64,000 nucleotides of DNA from Anolis carolinensis (taxonomy: Eukaryota), in NCBI RefSeq assembly GCF_035594765.1, contig NW_026943820.1, positions 26,234,647-26,298,646 of the forward strand. The letters run 5' to 3'. Under the pieces are notes generated by a model. That model was not told the DNA's origin. It saw only the letters and a program-made list of their open reading frames with translations, and made no database searches. This document shows, piece after piece, positions 53,911 through 64,000 of this stretch (the stretch's first letter is position 1; each line of letters begins with the position of its first letter). Position numbers and translations under genes: made by a program.

Positions 53911-55529
53911 TCCTTTTCAAATAAGGCTTGGAGAGTAGGTGACTCATTTGCAGAATTTTCTTGAGATGGAAAGACAAATGATAAGAGATCCATCCGCACG
54001 AGGCCTGAAGCTGGATTTGCAATTAAAGCAGCACAAATATAAAAATGTTGAGCACATTGCTCCCATCATTATAGAAAATCACACATATATGGAGTGACTA
54101 CTGTACATATGCACATATAAATCACTCAGGCCTCCCCAAAGTGGAACCTTCCAGGATGCCTTGAGGATAATAGGAACTGTAGTAATTCTGGAAGGCATCA
54201 AGTTGCCAAAGGCAGATGTTAAAAAATACAATTTCTTTTCCAATGAGATTTTTTCAGATCTTTTTCGTCTCTTGTGCAATATTCAAGGGCCTTCCCTCCC
54301 ACAAAGAGATTCCGGGCTCTGGCCCAAACATTGGAGGCTCCAGGATTTTGCTGGCTTTTGCAGAGCTGTTGGCAGGCGAAATCTCTCAATCATGGAAAAT
54401 GCGGGTTCCCATCCCAACACAGAGTTGAGCCAAGGCCCAAGCCTACAAAGCTAAACTGGGCCAGAATTTGCTGCCAGGGTTGTCATTACAGTATTCTTAC
54501 CCTCTTATATCGGTGTGATGAACCATGGGCCTTGTAGTCCTGCTCAGGACATTGTAATCCCTGATGAAGATGAAAACTTGGGTTTTTTACCTTCCCAGTC
54601 TGAACTGGATTCCTCTCAGCCAGATCCTTCCCAGGCAGATCTGGAAACCTTGCACCTGCAAGAAAGTTGTGCCCCAGAAGTATGTCAAACAACCCCAGAG
54701 CCTACTTCTCCCGTGTTCTTGCGCCGGGAGTTTTGTAAACAACAGAGAAGTTTGGATTCAGCTTCGCGCAGGAGTGCGAGGATAGCAGCTAAGAATGTTG
54801 CCAATTAACATTGGTTCTCGTGAGAATCTTTAAGGAGTTTAACATCTGGTCTCAGAGTTTAGCTTTCGTTTCTGATTCCCAGAGAACCGCTTTGGTGAGA
54901 AAGTTGGACTCTATATAGGTGTTTTGCCCGCGTAGCAACTTCGCGGAGTCAATTCGTCAGCCTACGGAGCGAGTTGTGTCTGGACAGCGCGCTCCGATTC
55001 AAGCCTCGCTTCAGCTCAAGCCTTGCCTTGCTATCCAGCCTTCGCCTTGCTTCCCAGCCTTTGTTTACCTACGGACTTTGCCTTGTTTCCCAGGACTAAT
55101 CCTTGCCTTGTTTCACGGATTTTACCAAGTTATTCCACGGACCTTGTTCTTGTTCTTAGTTACCTTGTTCCACGTTCAAGCCTTGTTTCAAGTATCAAGT
55201 TATTTCCTAGCCACGCTCAAGTTTTATGGACTAAGGACCTTGTCATCTCCCCTCACTTTGCTTGGCAAAGTGAGTGTTTCGGTTATTGGATTACAACTTT
55301 GGACCTTAATATTTCTTATTGGACATTGCTTTTTTGGACTAATTCTGACCTTTCCTGAAGGGTCTAATTCTGGACTATTTTCTATACTTGTTTTTATTAA
55401 CTTTATATATTCCTTCAATAAAGATATTAGTTAGATTCTGGCCTCTGTGTATGGTTATTGGTGCCTCTGCCGCCTGGGTCGTGACAGTTTGACTCCGCCA
55501 CCCATAAGCACCAACTAACCGAGGCCAGG

Positions 55530-56516
55530 ATGTCTACCGGAGCCGCGCCGGCTGGACAGCCGCTCAGCTACACCATCAGCAAGGACGAAGTGGACCGCAT
55601 CCGTGACAGACTCAACGCGCAGGATGGAGAAATAAAAGGGTTGAGGGAGCGCGGAGTTCGCCTCCCGGCCATGGCGTTGCCTACCAAGTTTTCTGGAGAA
55701 GCTGCTAAGGTTCATGTTTTCCGCCGCCAATGTCAAGCTTATCTAGAGGCCCGTGATGCCGAGTTTCCCCAAGAAGACATCAAGGTGGCGTGGGTCTACA
55801 GTCTTCTAGACGGACCAGCGGCTAGCTGGGCGACGGCCCTGTTTGATCAAGCCTCCCCCCACCTAAGTTCAGCACAACGCTTCTTGGATCACCTTAAGGA
55901 GACCTGGGGAATCGAGGACAATTTGGAGGCAGCCGGTCACAAACTCCGGCGCCTCCTTCAAGGAGACAGACCCATGTCTCAGTACATAGCCGAGTTCCGC
56001 GTGCTGGCCCACAACACCGGCTGGAACGATGTAGCCCTCAGAGGACAATTTCGGGAGGGTCTCAACATTGAAATGCTGGAAGAAATCTCCAAGGTGGATC
56101 CTCCCCAGACCCTCGAGGCACTCATTGATCAATGTTTACGGGCTGAAGTCATGATTGCCAACAGGAAACAATGGGTTCGAGGCCAGGGCGGTAGAGCCGG
56201 GGCAAAACCCCCCGCTCCCGCCAGTGTTCAGCCACGTCCGGTGTGGAGACCCCCGCCGCCAACCCCATACCCCAGAGGAGGCGAGGAGGTGCCGATGCAG
56301 TTGGGCAATGTGCGTCCCAGACTAGATGCCGCCGAGAAGGCCCGTCGTCAACGCTTGAACCTCTGCTGGTACTGCGGGAATGGGGGCCACTTCGCCAGAG
56401 AGTGCCCAGCCAAAGGGAAGCCTGCCGCCCGTCTTGCGGCGGCGTCCTCCACGGAGTCGAAGGCGTCTGAGCCGACTGGCACACAGCCGGCGGGGGAAGC
56501 CAACGACCGGGTGTAG
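55530..56516 (+). CDS. gag: Gag (retrotransposon capsid plus CCHC zinc knuckle)
   Basis: PTKFSG, QGDRPMSQYIAEF (MHR-like), EVPMQLG, CWYCGNGGHFARECP. Confidence 0.95.
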   Translation: MSTGAAPAGQPLSYTISKDEVDRIRDRLNAQDGEIKGLRERGVRLPAMALPTKFSGEAAKVHVFRRQCQAYLEARDAEFPQEDIKVAWVYSLLDGPAASWATALFDQASPHLSSAQRFLDHLKETWGIEDNLEAAGHKLRRLLQGDRPMSQYIAEFRVLAHNTGWNDVALRGQFREGLNIEMLEEISKVDPPQTLEALIDQCLRAEVMIANRKQWVRGQGGRAGAKPPAPASVQPRPVWRPPPPTPYPRGGEEVPMQLGNVRPRLDAAEKARRQRLNLCWYCGNGGHFARECPAKGKPAARLAAASSTESKASEPTGTQPAGEANDRV

Positions 56517-59500
56517 AGAGGCTCGCCAACCCGGTCAAAAAATCCATCCAAGAGCCGCCAACCGGGGTCCTGTTCCTTCTCGTGGTCACATTATGGTCAG
56601 CAAAAAGGGGACCCGTCATGATCCACGCCATGATAGACTCTGGAGCTACCAACAATTTCATCGATAGAGAGTATGCCGACTCTCTGGGATTACAATATCA
56701 TGATTTCAAGAATGCCCGTGTGGTGCAAGCCATAGACGGCCGTCCCCTCAAGACGGGCCCCGTAAGCCAGTGGTCGGAACCCACCAGGATGTGGATAAGG
56801 GAACATATGGAAGAGATTTCCTTCTTTGTTACCGAGGTTCCCCATTTCCCTGTGATTTTGGGAATTCCATGGCTGACACTCCACGACCCTAACATCTCCT
56901 GGTCCAACAGAGAACTGCAGTTTGCTTCACCGTACTGCCAAAACCATTGCCTCGTAGCCAAGGTATGCCATGCCACAGACTCCGAGCCCATCATCACCTT
57001 GCCAAAGAAGTACTCCGAGTATTGGGATGTATTCAATGAGAAAGAAGCCGAAAAATTACCCCCACATAGACCTTATGACTGTGCCATTGACTTGGTGGAG
57101 GGGGCCCCGATCCCGCGAGGGCATCTCTACTCCCTGACTGAACCAGAGCAAGAAGCTCTCAGGGAATTCTTAGAGACAAACCTTCGCAAGGGGTTCATCA
57201 GACCCTCTCAATCCCCAGCCGCCTCCCCAGTGATGTTTGTGAAGAAGAAGTCAGGGGAATTACGCTTGGTGGTGGACTACAGAGCATTGAACAATATCAC
57301 CAAGCGGAACAGCTATCCCCTGCCCTTAATCTCGGATCTACTGGACCGACTTCGAGGAGCCAAGGTCTACACCAAGCTGGATCTTCGGGGGGCTTATAAT
57401 CTAGTTCGCATCAGAGAAGGGGACGAGTGGAAGACCGCCTTCCAGACTAAATTCGGATTATTCGAGTCCCGAGTTATGAATTTCGGTTTATGCGGAGCTC
57501 CCGCAACGTTCCAGCATTTTGTCAACGATATTTTTCAGGACTATCTAGACAGATTCTTGATAATCTACCTGGACGATTTTTTGGTGTTTTCCAGATCACA
57601 ATCAGAACATGAGAACCACGTCAAAATGGTGTTGCAACGACTGCGGGATCATGGACTTTATGCCAAGCTAGAAAAATGCGCTTTTGATCTACAAGAGGTA
57701 GATTTCCTTGGCTACCGCATCTCGCCTCTAGGGCTTTCCATGGATCCAGCCAAAGTTTCAGCAGTATTGGAATGGCGGGCGCCAACTAACAAGAAAGAGG
57801 TGCAGCGTTTCTTGGGGTTCGCGAACTACTACCGCAAGTTCATTCCAGATTTTGCCCGCTGGTCCGACCCCATCACTAGCTGCATCCGTGGAAAGCAGCC
57901 TTTCCGCTGGACTGATCAAGCAGAGAAAGGGTTCCAGCAACTGAAGAAACTATTCACCTCCCAGCCAATTCTACAGCACCCAAATCCTGGAACCCCTTTT
58001 GTGGTGCAAGCGGACGCCTCTGATGTGGCAATTGGGGCTGTACTCTTACAACCGGTGGGAGATCACCTCCACCCCTGTGCCTTTTATTCTCGTCAACTAA
58101 CCACACCAGAGAGGAATTACACCATTTGGGAAAAAGAACTACTGGCCATAAAGGCAGCCTTTGAAACTTGGAGACATTGGCTAGAAGGGGCCAAATTCCC
58201 CATTGAAGTCCACACTGATCATCGTAATCTAGAACATCTAAGAACTGCCCGCAAACTAAATCAGAGGCAGCAACGTTGGGCTTTATTCTTTGAACGTTTC
58301 AACTTCCAGATCCATTATGTGACCCCAGCTCAAACCAAGCAAGCAGACGCCCTGTCACGTAAACCGGAATACGCTGCAGGACGCAAGGAGACCTTTGAAT
58401 CCCAACTGCTACAACCTGAGAACTTTGCCACGCTCACAGTGGGGAACACCAAATCCAGTCCCATTGGTTCAACTTCCCCTACTCCAGGACCCATCTGTGC
58501 TCAAGAAATCAGGGCTAGTCAGCAAGCAGATGCCTGGGCGCAGGACCAACTTCGCCAAGGTCTGCATTTTCCCTTTTCGCTTAAAGATGGGCTGCTCTGC
58601 TATAGAAATCATGTTTATATCCCACCCGGACCGGGCAGGGAAAAAGCGCTTCGTCTGTGTCATGACTGCAAACCAGCAGGACACTTCGGACTATTTAAAA
58701 CCATGCATTTGATCCTAAGAGATTTTTGGTGGCCCAAGATCCGCAAGGATGTGGAAAAATATGTCAACACCTGCCCAGTATGCCAGCGCTCCAAGATACG
58801 AAGGGAGAAGTCCTCAGGGCTTTTGCACCCCCTTCCTACCCCATCTCGCCCATGGGAAATAATTTCCGCGGATTTCATCACTGACCTACCACCTTCCTGT
58901 GGATTCACCACGATCTTAGTGGTGGTGGACCTATTCACCAAGTTAGCCCATTTCATTCCCTGCGAAGGCCTCCCCACGGCCAAAGAAACTGCGGATCTAT
59001 TTCTTCAGCATGTTTTCAGACTACATGGATTGCCCAAGAGTTTAGTCACAGACCGTGGATCTCAATTCACCTCTCGTTTTTGGAAGGCACTACAAAAACT
59101 ACTGGGCATAGACTCTCGCTTATCTTCAGCTCATCATCCCCAAACAGATGGGCAAACGGAGCGCACCAATGCCACTTTGGAGCAGTATCTTCGCTGTTAT
59201 GTAAACTACCAACAGGACAATTGGGCTTCTCTGTTACCACTGTCTGAGTTTGCCTACAATAATGGAGTTCAAGCTTCTACAAAAGAAACGCCGTTCTTTG
59301 CAAACTACGGTTTCCATCCACGTTTCTTTCCCCCTGTCATTGAAACTTCAGAAGTTCCCGCAGCAGAGGATTGGCTGCAGGAACTCGCAGCGGTGCAACA
59401 ACTTTTGCTCCAGCAACTGGACCAAGCCAAGGAGGACTATAAACGCCACGCTGACAAACACCGCCAGCCGGGCCCCGAAATCAAGGTAGGAGATCGGGTT

Positions 59501-60256
59501 TTTCTGTCCACTCGCTTTCTGCCCTCCCACCGCCCATGCCGGAAGTTAGATGCCCGCTTCATTGGCCCCTATCCAGTGGTGGCGCAATTAAACCCCGTGA
59601 CTTTCAAACTCCAACTTCCGCGTTCAATGCGCATTCACCCAGTGTTTCACCGTTCCCTGCTCCTTCCGGCGGATGGTGTGCGTCCTGATACAGACCAACC
59701 AGCCCCCCCTCCTGTTTTGATGAATGGGGAGGAGGAGTTCGAGGTTGAGGACATTTTGGATTCTCGCTTTCATCGCCGCCGCCTACAATATCTCATTGAC
59801 TGGGTGGGTTTTGGGCCTGAGGAACGCTCTTGGGAAGACGCCTCCACAGTCCATGCTCCTGATCTAACCCGTCGCTTCCATCTGACCTATCCCACCAAAC
59901 CGCGACCTCGCGCTTCGGGGAGAGGACCCCAGTTTGGGAGGGGCCCTGAGGAGGGGGATAGTGTGATGAACCATGGGCCTTGTAGTCCTGCTCAGGACAT
60001 TGTAATCCCTGATGAAGATGAAAACTTGGGTTTTTTACCTTCCCAGTCTGAACTGGATTCCTCTCAGCCAGATCCTTCCCAGGCAGATCTGGAAACCTTG
60101 CACCTGCAAGAAAGTTGTGCCCCAGAAGTATGTCAAACAACCCCAGAGCCTACTTCTCCCGTGTTCTTGCGCCGGGAGTTTTGTAAACAACAGAGAAGTT
60201 TGGATTCAGCTTCGCGCAGGAGTGCGAGGATAGCAGCTAAGAATGTTGCCAATTAA
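56492..60256 (+). CDS. pol: Pol (PR-RT-RNaseH-IN-chromodomain), in the -1 frame relative to gag, extending into the 3' LTR
   Basis: DSGA, YLDD, DASD, HHCC/DDE, GPY and chromodomain FEVEDILDSR..YLIDWVGFGPEERSWE. The frame is open from 56471; start set at the putative slip site. Confidence 0.95.
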   Translation, partial: GGSQRPGVERLANPVKKSIQEPPTGVLFLLVVTLWSAKRGPVMIHAMIDSGATNNFIDREYADSLGLQYHDFKNARVVQAIDGRPLKTGPVSQWSEPTRMWIREHMEEISFFVTEVPHFPVILGIPWLTLHDPNISWSNRELQFASPYCQNHCLVAKVCHATDSEPIITLPKKYSEYWDVFNEKEAEKLPPHRPYDCAIDLVEGAPIPRGHLYSLTEPEQEALREFLETNLRKGFIRPSQSPAASPVMFVKKKSGELRLVVDYRALNNITKRNSYPLPLISDLLDRLRGAKVYTKLDLRGAYNLVRIREGDEWKTAFQTKFGLFESRVMNFGLCGAPATFQHFVNDIFQDYLDRFLIIYLDDFLVFSRSQSEHENHVKMVLQRLRDHGLYAKLEKCAFDLQEVDFLGYRISPLGLSMDPAKVSAVLEWRAPTNKKEVQRFLGFANYYRKFIPDFARWSDPITSCIRGKQPFRWTDQAEKGFQQLKKLFTSQPILQHPNPGTPFVVQADASDVAIGAVLLQPVGDHLHPCAFYSRQLTTPERNYTIWEKELLAIKAAFETWRHWLEGAKFPIEVHTDHRNLEHLRTARKLNQRQQRWALFFERFNFQIHYVTPAQTKQADALSRKPEYAAGRKETFESQLLQPENFATLTVGNTKSSPIGSTSPTPGPICAQEIRASQQADAWAQDQLRQGLHFPFSLKDGLLCYRNHVYIPPGPGREKALRLCHDCKPAGHFGLFKTMHLILRDFWWPKIRKDVEKYVNTCPVCQRSKIRREKSSGLLHPLPTPSRPWEIISADFITDLPPSCGFTTILVVVDLFTKLAHFIPCEGLPTAKETADLFLQHVFRLHGLPKSLVTDRGSQFTSRFWKALQKLLGIDSRLSSAHHPQTDGQTERTNATLEQYLRCYVNYQQDNWASLLPLSEFAYNNGVQASTKETPFFANYGFHPRFFPPVIETSEVPAAEDWLQELAAVQQLLLQQLDQAKEDYKRHADKHRQPGPEIKVGDRVFLSTRFLPSHRPCRKLDARFIGPYPVVAQLNPVTFKLQLPRSMRIHPVFHRSLLLPADGVRPDTDQPAPPPVLMNGEEEFEVEDILDSRFHRRRLQYLIDWVGFGPEERSWEDASTVHAPDLTRRFHLTYPTKPRPRASGRGPQFGRGPEEGDSVMNHGPCSPAQDIVIPDEDENLGFLPSQSELDSSQPDPSQADLETLHLQESCAPEVCQTTPEPTSPVFLRREFCKQQRSLDSASRRSARIAAKNVAN

Positions 60257-61892
60257 CATTGGTTCTCGTGAGAATCTTTAAGGAGTTTAACATCTGGTCT
60301 CAGAGTTTAGCTTTCGTTTCTGATTCCCAGAGAACCGCTTTGGTGAGAAAGTTGGACTCTATATAGGTGTTTTGCCCGCGTAGCAACTTCGCGGAGTCAA
60401 TTCGTCAGCCTACGGAGCGAGTTGTGTCTGGACAGCGCGCTCCGATTCAAGCCTCGCTTCAGCTCAAGCCTTGCCTTGCTATCCAGCCTTCGCCTTGCTT
60501 CCCAGCCTTTGTTTACCTACGGACTTTGCCTTGTTTCCCAGGACTAATCCTTGCCTTGTTTCACGGATTTTACCAAGTTATTCCACGGACCTTGTTCTTG
60601 TTCTTAGTTACCTTGTTCCACGTTCAAGCCTTGTTTCAAGTATCAAGTTATTTCCTAGCCACGCTCAAGTTTTATGGACTAAGGACCTTGTCATCTCCCC
60701 TCACTTTGCTTGGCAAAGTGAGTGTTTCGGTTATTGGATTACAACTTTGGACCTTAATATTTCTTATTGGACATTGCTTTTTTGGACTAATTCTGACCTT
60801 TCCTGAAGGGTCTAATTCTGGACTATTTTCTATACTTGTTTTTATTAACTTTATATATTCCTTCAATAAAGATATTAGTTAGATTCTGGCCTCTGTGTAT
60901 GGTTATTGGTGCCTCTGCCGCCTGGGTCGTGACAATCGGAAAGAAAACCAAATCCGCCCAGAACAAAAGCAGCGCTTAATCGGAGACTCTCCGTCATATT
61001 CAGAGCTCAAGATATAAGAGTTATGTGCAGCTGACTAAGATCTGGGAAGGCAAAAATGGCTCTGGGTCCATTCCAGTCCGGTTTCAGGCTCGGCCATGGA
61101 ATGGAGAGAGCTTTGGTCACTTTGGAAGATGATCTACAGCGAGAACTCGACATAGAGTGTATCCCTGTTCGTTCTCTTGGACCTCTCAGCGACCTTCGAT
61201 ACCATCCATGGTATCTTTAATGAAGTACGAATTTTTAGTTTACAGATGTTATGTTTAATTGTGTGTTTGTGTTTTAAAAAGGGTAAGTATTACAGTTATT
61301 GCATCTCAGCACTCAGGCTGGTTGCCATGGAGAAGTAGGCAGAGACAATTGCCGTTTAGTTGAAGAAGTGCAGAGTTTAAAAAAGAGAGTCAGTCTGTGC
61401 TCTGATGAGGCACAGGGAAGATTGATCCTAGGTTGATGGGATCAAGAAGACTCAATTGTTCATTTTGAGTCGGTTTAAAATAAGTTTGGTGACTTATTTA
61501 ATGTAGTCTGTGTCCTGGTAAGGCACAGAGAATCTGTGATCGTATATCACAGGGGTGACTGCGGTTTAAAAGTAGTAGAGAAAGAAGTTTTAACTACTTT
61601 AAGTAAAAGAAGTGACACTTTAGAGAGTTTGACTCATCTCATTCTAGTATTGTAACTGTTAATAAAAATACCTCTAAGTGAGAAACAACATTGTAACCAC
61701 TACGCTCTGTGCCTGAATACTCTTGTTATTGTTCTTTCAACATCTAAGCCTCTGTCGCATGTATTATAAACCAAGTTACGCTACCATCTAAAGCGAATAA
61801 GAAAAAGAAAGGAAAAAAAAGTAAAAGGTCTCCTCCCTGAGTCTTTGGTGGTTGCATTTTTACAAATTGGTGGCAGTTGTTATTAGCTCTTC

Positions 61893-62153
61893 GCAGTATC
61901 CTTCTGGATCGCCTGGCTGGGATGGGACTTGGAGACACTGTTCTGCAGTGGCTCCACTCCTTCCTGAAAGAACGTACCCAAATGATGGTGTTGGGGGACA
62001 CCGGCTCGACCTCACGACTGTTGTCTTGTGGGGTCTCACAGGGTTCAGTTCTGTCCCCCATGTTGTTTGACATCTACATGAAGCCACTGAGAGAGATCAT
62101 CAGGGGTTTTGGAGTTCGGTGTCATCTGTACACAAATGACACCCAACTCTACT
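61893..62153 (+). mobile_element. L2/CR1-clade LINE RT fragment (5' part at ~61050-61215, split by an LTR-like insertion)
   Basis: VLQWLHSFL..GVSQGSVLSPMLFDIYM..HLYTNDTQLY. Confidence 0.7.
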
Positions 62154-62935
62154 ACAGTAGAGTCTCATTTATCCAACATAAATGGGCCGGCAGAACGTTG
62201 GATAAGTGAATATGTTGGATAATAAGGAGGGATTAAGGAAACGCCTATTAAACATCAAATTAGGTTATGATTTTACAAATTAAGCACCAAAACATCATGT
62301 TATACAACAAATTTGACAGAAAAAGTAGCTCAATACGCAGTAATGCTATGTAGTAATTACAGTAGAGTCTCACTTATCCAATGTAAACGGGCCGGCAGAA
62401 TGTTGGATAAGCAAATATGTTGGATAATAAGGAGAGATTAAGGAAAAGCCTATTAAACATCAAATTAGGTTATGATTTTACAAATTAAGCACCAAAACAT
62501 TATGTTATACAACAAATTTGACATAAAAAGTAGTTCAATACACAGTAATGCTATGTAGTAATTACTGTATTTACGAATTTAGCACCAAAATATCACGATG
62601 TATTGAAAACATTGACTACAAAAATGCGTTGGATAATCCAGAATGTTGGATAAGCGAGTGTTGGATAAATGAGACTCTACTGTACTATATTTACGAATTT
62701 AGCACCAAAATATCATGATGTATTGAAAACATTGACTACAAAAATGCATTGGATAATTCAGAACATTGAATAAGTGAGACTCTACTGTATTTTTATATTA
62801 TTATTATGCCCCGATTTACTGCAAGTGATGGAATAAACTGCTCTGACCTCTCTCTTCTTTATTTGCAGATGGAAAAGGCCAGCAGACCATTCTCCTAATA
62901 CTACAACGAACGTCTCTTGGAAATTTGTGAAGACA

Positions 62936-64000
62936 ATGAGAGTTCAACTGAAGGGTGATGCCATCTGTACACTCTTCTTGGTGGTAGCGCTCTTCACCAT
63001 CCTCTATTCCCAGCTGGGCCACACTTCCCTTCGAGAAGAACCAGTGAAGGTCCAGAGGAGGCCTTCACCAGCAACAGGCAGGGCTTTCCATGCCCTCCAA
63101 AGAAAGCTGGATGCCAGGCCTACAGCATCAGGGCCCGGAATTATTTCTGCCATGAAGGAGCTCAAGGTGGCCAGTGAAAGCCACGTGGGCACCAGTCCTC
63201 CACCCTCAACACCTTCCGCCTTTGATTTCAGGCAGTACCTTCGGGACAAGGACAACAGGAAGTTTGATATTCTCATTAACCAACCAAAGAAGTGCAAAAG
63301 GAACCCAGGCGGCCCTTTCTTGCTCATTGCTGTCAAATCCCTGGTTGAGGACTTTGACCGCCGGGAGATTGTCCGGAAAACCTGGGGAAGGGAAGGGTTG
63401 GTGAACGGAGCCCAGGTCCAAAGGGTTTTCCTCCTGGCCGTCCCAAAGAATAAGACAACTTTGCCGACCTGGGAGATTCTCGTTCAACAGGAGAGCCAGA
63501 TGTATCGGGACATCCTCTTGTGGGACTTCCTCGATACCTTCTTCAACTTGACTCTGAAAGAGATCCATTTCCTCAACTGGGCTGACGAGTTTTGTTCCAA
63601 CACCAAGTTCATCTTCAAGGGCGATGCCGACGTCTTTGTCAATGTGGAGAACATTGTTCACTTCCTCGAGAGCCGTGATCCCAACGAGGACCTCTTCGTC
63701 GGAGATATCATCTACAACGCACAACCGATCCGAAAGCACAAGAGCAAATACTACATCCCAGAGACAATGTACGGGTTGGGTATGTATCCGGTCTACGCTG
63801 GAGGCGGAGGGTTCTTGCTCTCCAGCAGTACCATGAGGAAACTCTCCCAGGCCTGCAACCAGGTGGAACTCTTCCCCATTGACGACGTCTTCTTAGGCAT
63901 GTGCCTGCAAAGAATCAACCTGAAGCCTGTCATGCATGAAGGGTTCAAGACCTTTGGGATTACCAAGCCCTCCGCAGCCCCTAACCTACAGACTTTCGAT
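62936..64000 (+). CDS. B3GNT9: Beta-1,3-N-acetylglucosaminyltransferase 9 (GT31), truncated by window end
   Basis: MRVQLKGDAICTLFLVVALFTILY (signal anchor), then FDFRQYL, LLIAVKS, RKTWG, DTFFNLTLK, KGDADVFVN, YAGGGG, PIDDVFLGMC; acceptor at 62868; synteny with TRADD. Confidence 0.92.
   Translation, partial: MRVQLKGDAICTLFLVVALFTILYSQLGHTSLREEPVKVQRRPSPATGRAFHALQRKLDARPTASGPGIISAMKELKVASESHVGTSPPPSTPSAFDFRQYLRDKDNRKFDILINQPKKCKRNPGGPFLLIAVKSLVEDFDRREIVRKTWGREGLVNGAQVQRVFLLAVPKNKTTLPTWEILVQQESQMYRDILLWDFLDTFFNLTLKEIHFLNWADEFCSNTKFIFKGDADVFVNVENIVHFLESRDPNEDLFVGDIIYNAQPIRKHKSKYYIPETMYGLGMYPVYAGGGGFLLSSSTMRKLSQACNQVELFPIDDVFLGMCLQRINLKPVMHEGFKTFGITKPSAAPNLQTFD

Larger units (their letters stand above)
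54514..60934 (+). mobile_element. Full-length Ty3/gypsy chromovirus (sushi/Tf1-like) LTR retrotransposon
   Basis: 973-bp TG...CA LTRs (54514-55486, 59962-60934) that look identical by eye, ATCGG 5-bp TSD, PPT GAGGAGGGGGATAG, intact gag and pol. Confidence 0.97.

Noticed and set aside
54919-55434. 171-aa ORF in the LTR (also 60367-60882) as an env-like or accessory gene
   Set aside because: GTG start, overlaps the predicted TSS and low-complexity CCTTG repeats, no recognisable domain, and no equivalent ORF in the related solo LTR.

Overview
Repeat-rich vertebrate genomic DNA, almost certainly squamate and probably Anolis (Sauria SINEs, CR1, Dong/R4, Penelope-like elements, Helitrons and MITEs). 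It carries the conserved HSF4-FBXL8-TRADD-B3GNT9 synteny block. HSF4 first coding exon (-, 2418-2540). A diverged but intact tandem FBXL8 paralogue (-, 4409-7407), apparently with its own CpG/NRF1-type promoter at ~11.2 kb. FBXL8 proper (-, 15542-17907), sharing a bidirectional promoter at ~24.35-24.65 kb with TRADD (+, 4 coding exons, 26913-35543). B3GNT9 (+, 62936 to beyond the window end). The accessory content has three highlights. (1) A full-length, very young Ty3/gypsy chromovirus (54514-60934) with Tf1/sushi-type self-priming complementarity, a non-canonical -1 frameshift site plus a predicted pseudoknot, and an LTR-encoded Pol tail ending in an HMGN-like RRSARIAAK motif that is conserved in a diverged solo LTR. 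(2) An 8 x 155-bp tandem array of Penelope-derived minimal hammerhead-ribozyme units (retrozyme-like, 42301-43490). (3) Several long inverted repeats in or near transcripts. All calls were made by eye from the sequence and recalled family knowledge; no database searches were run.
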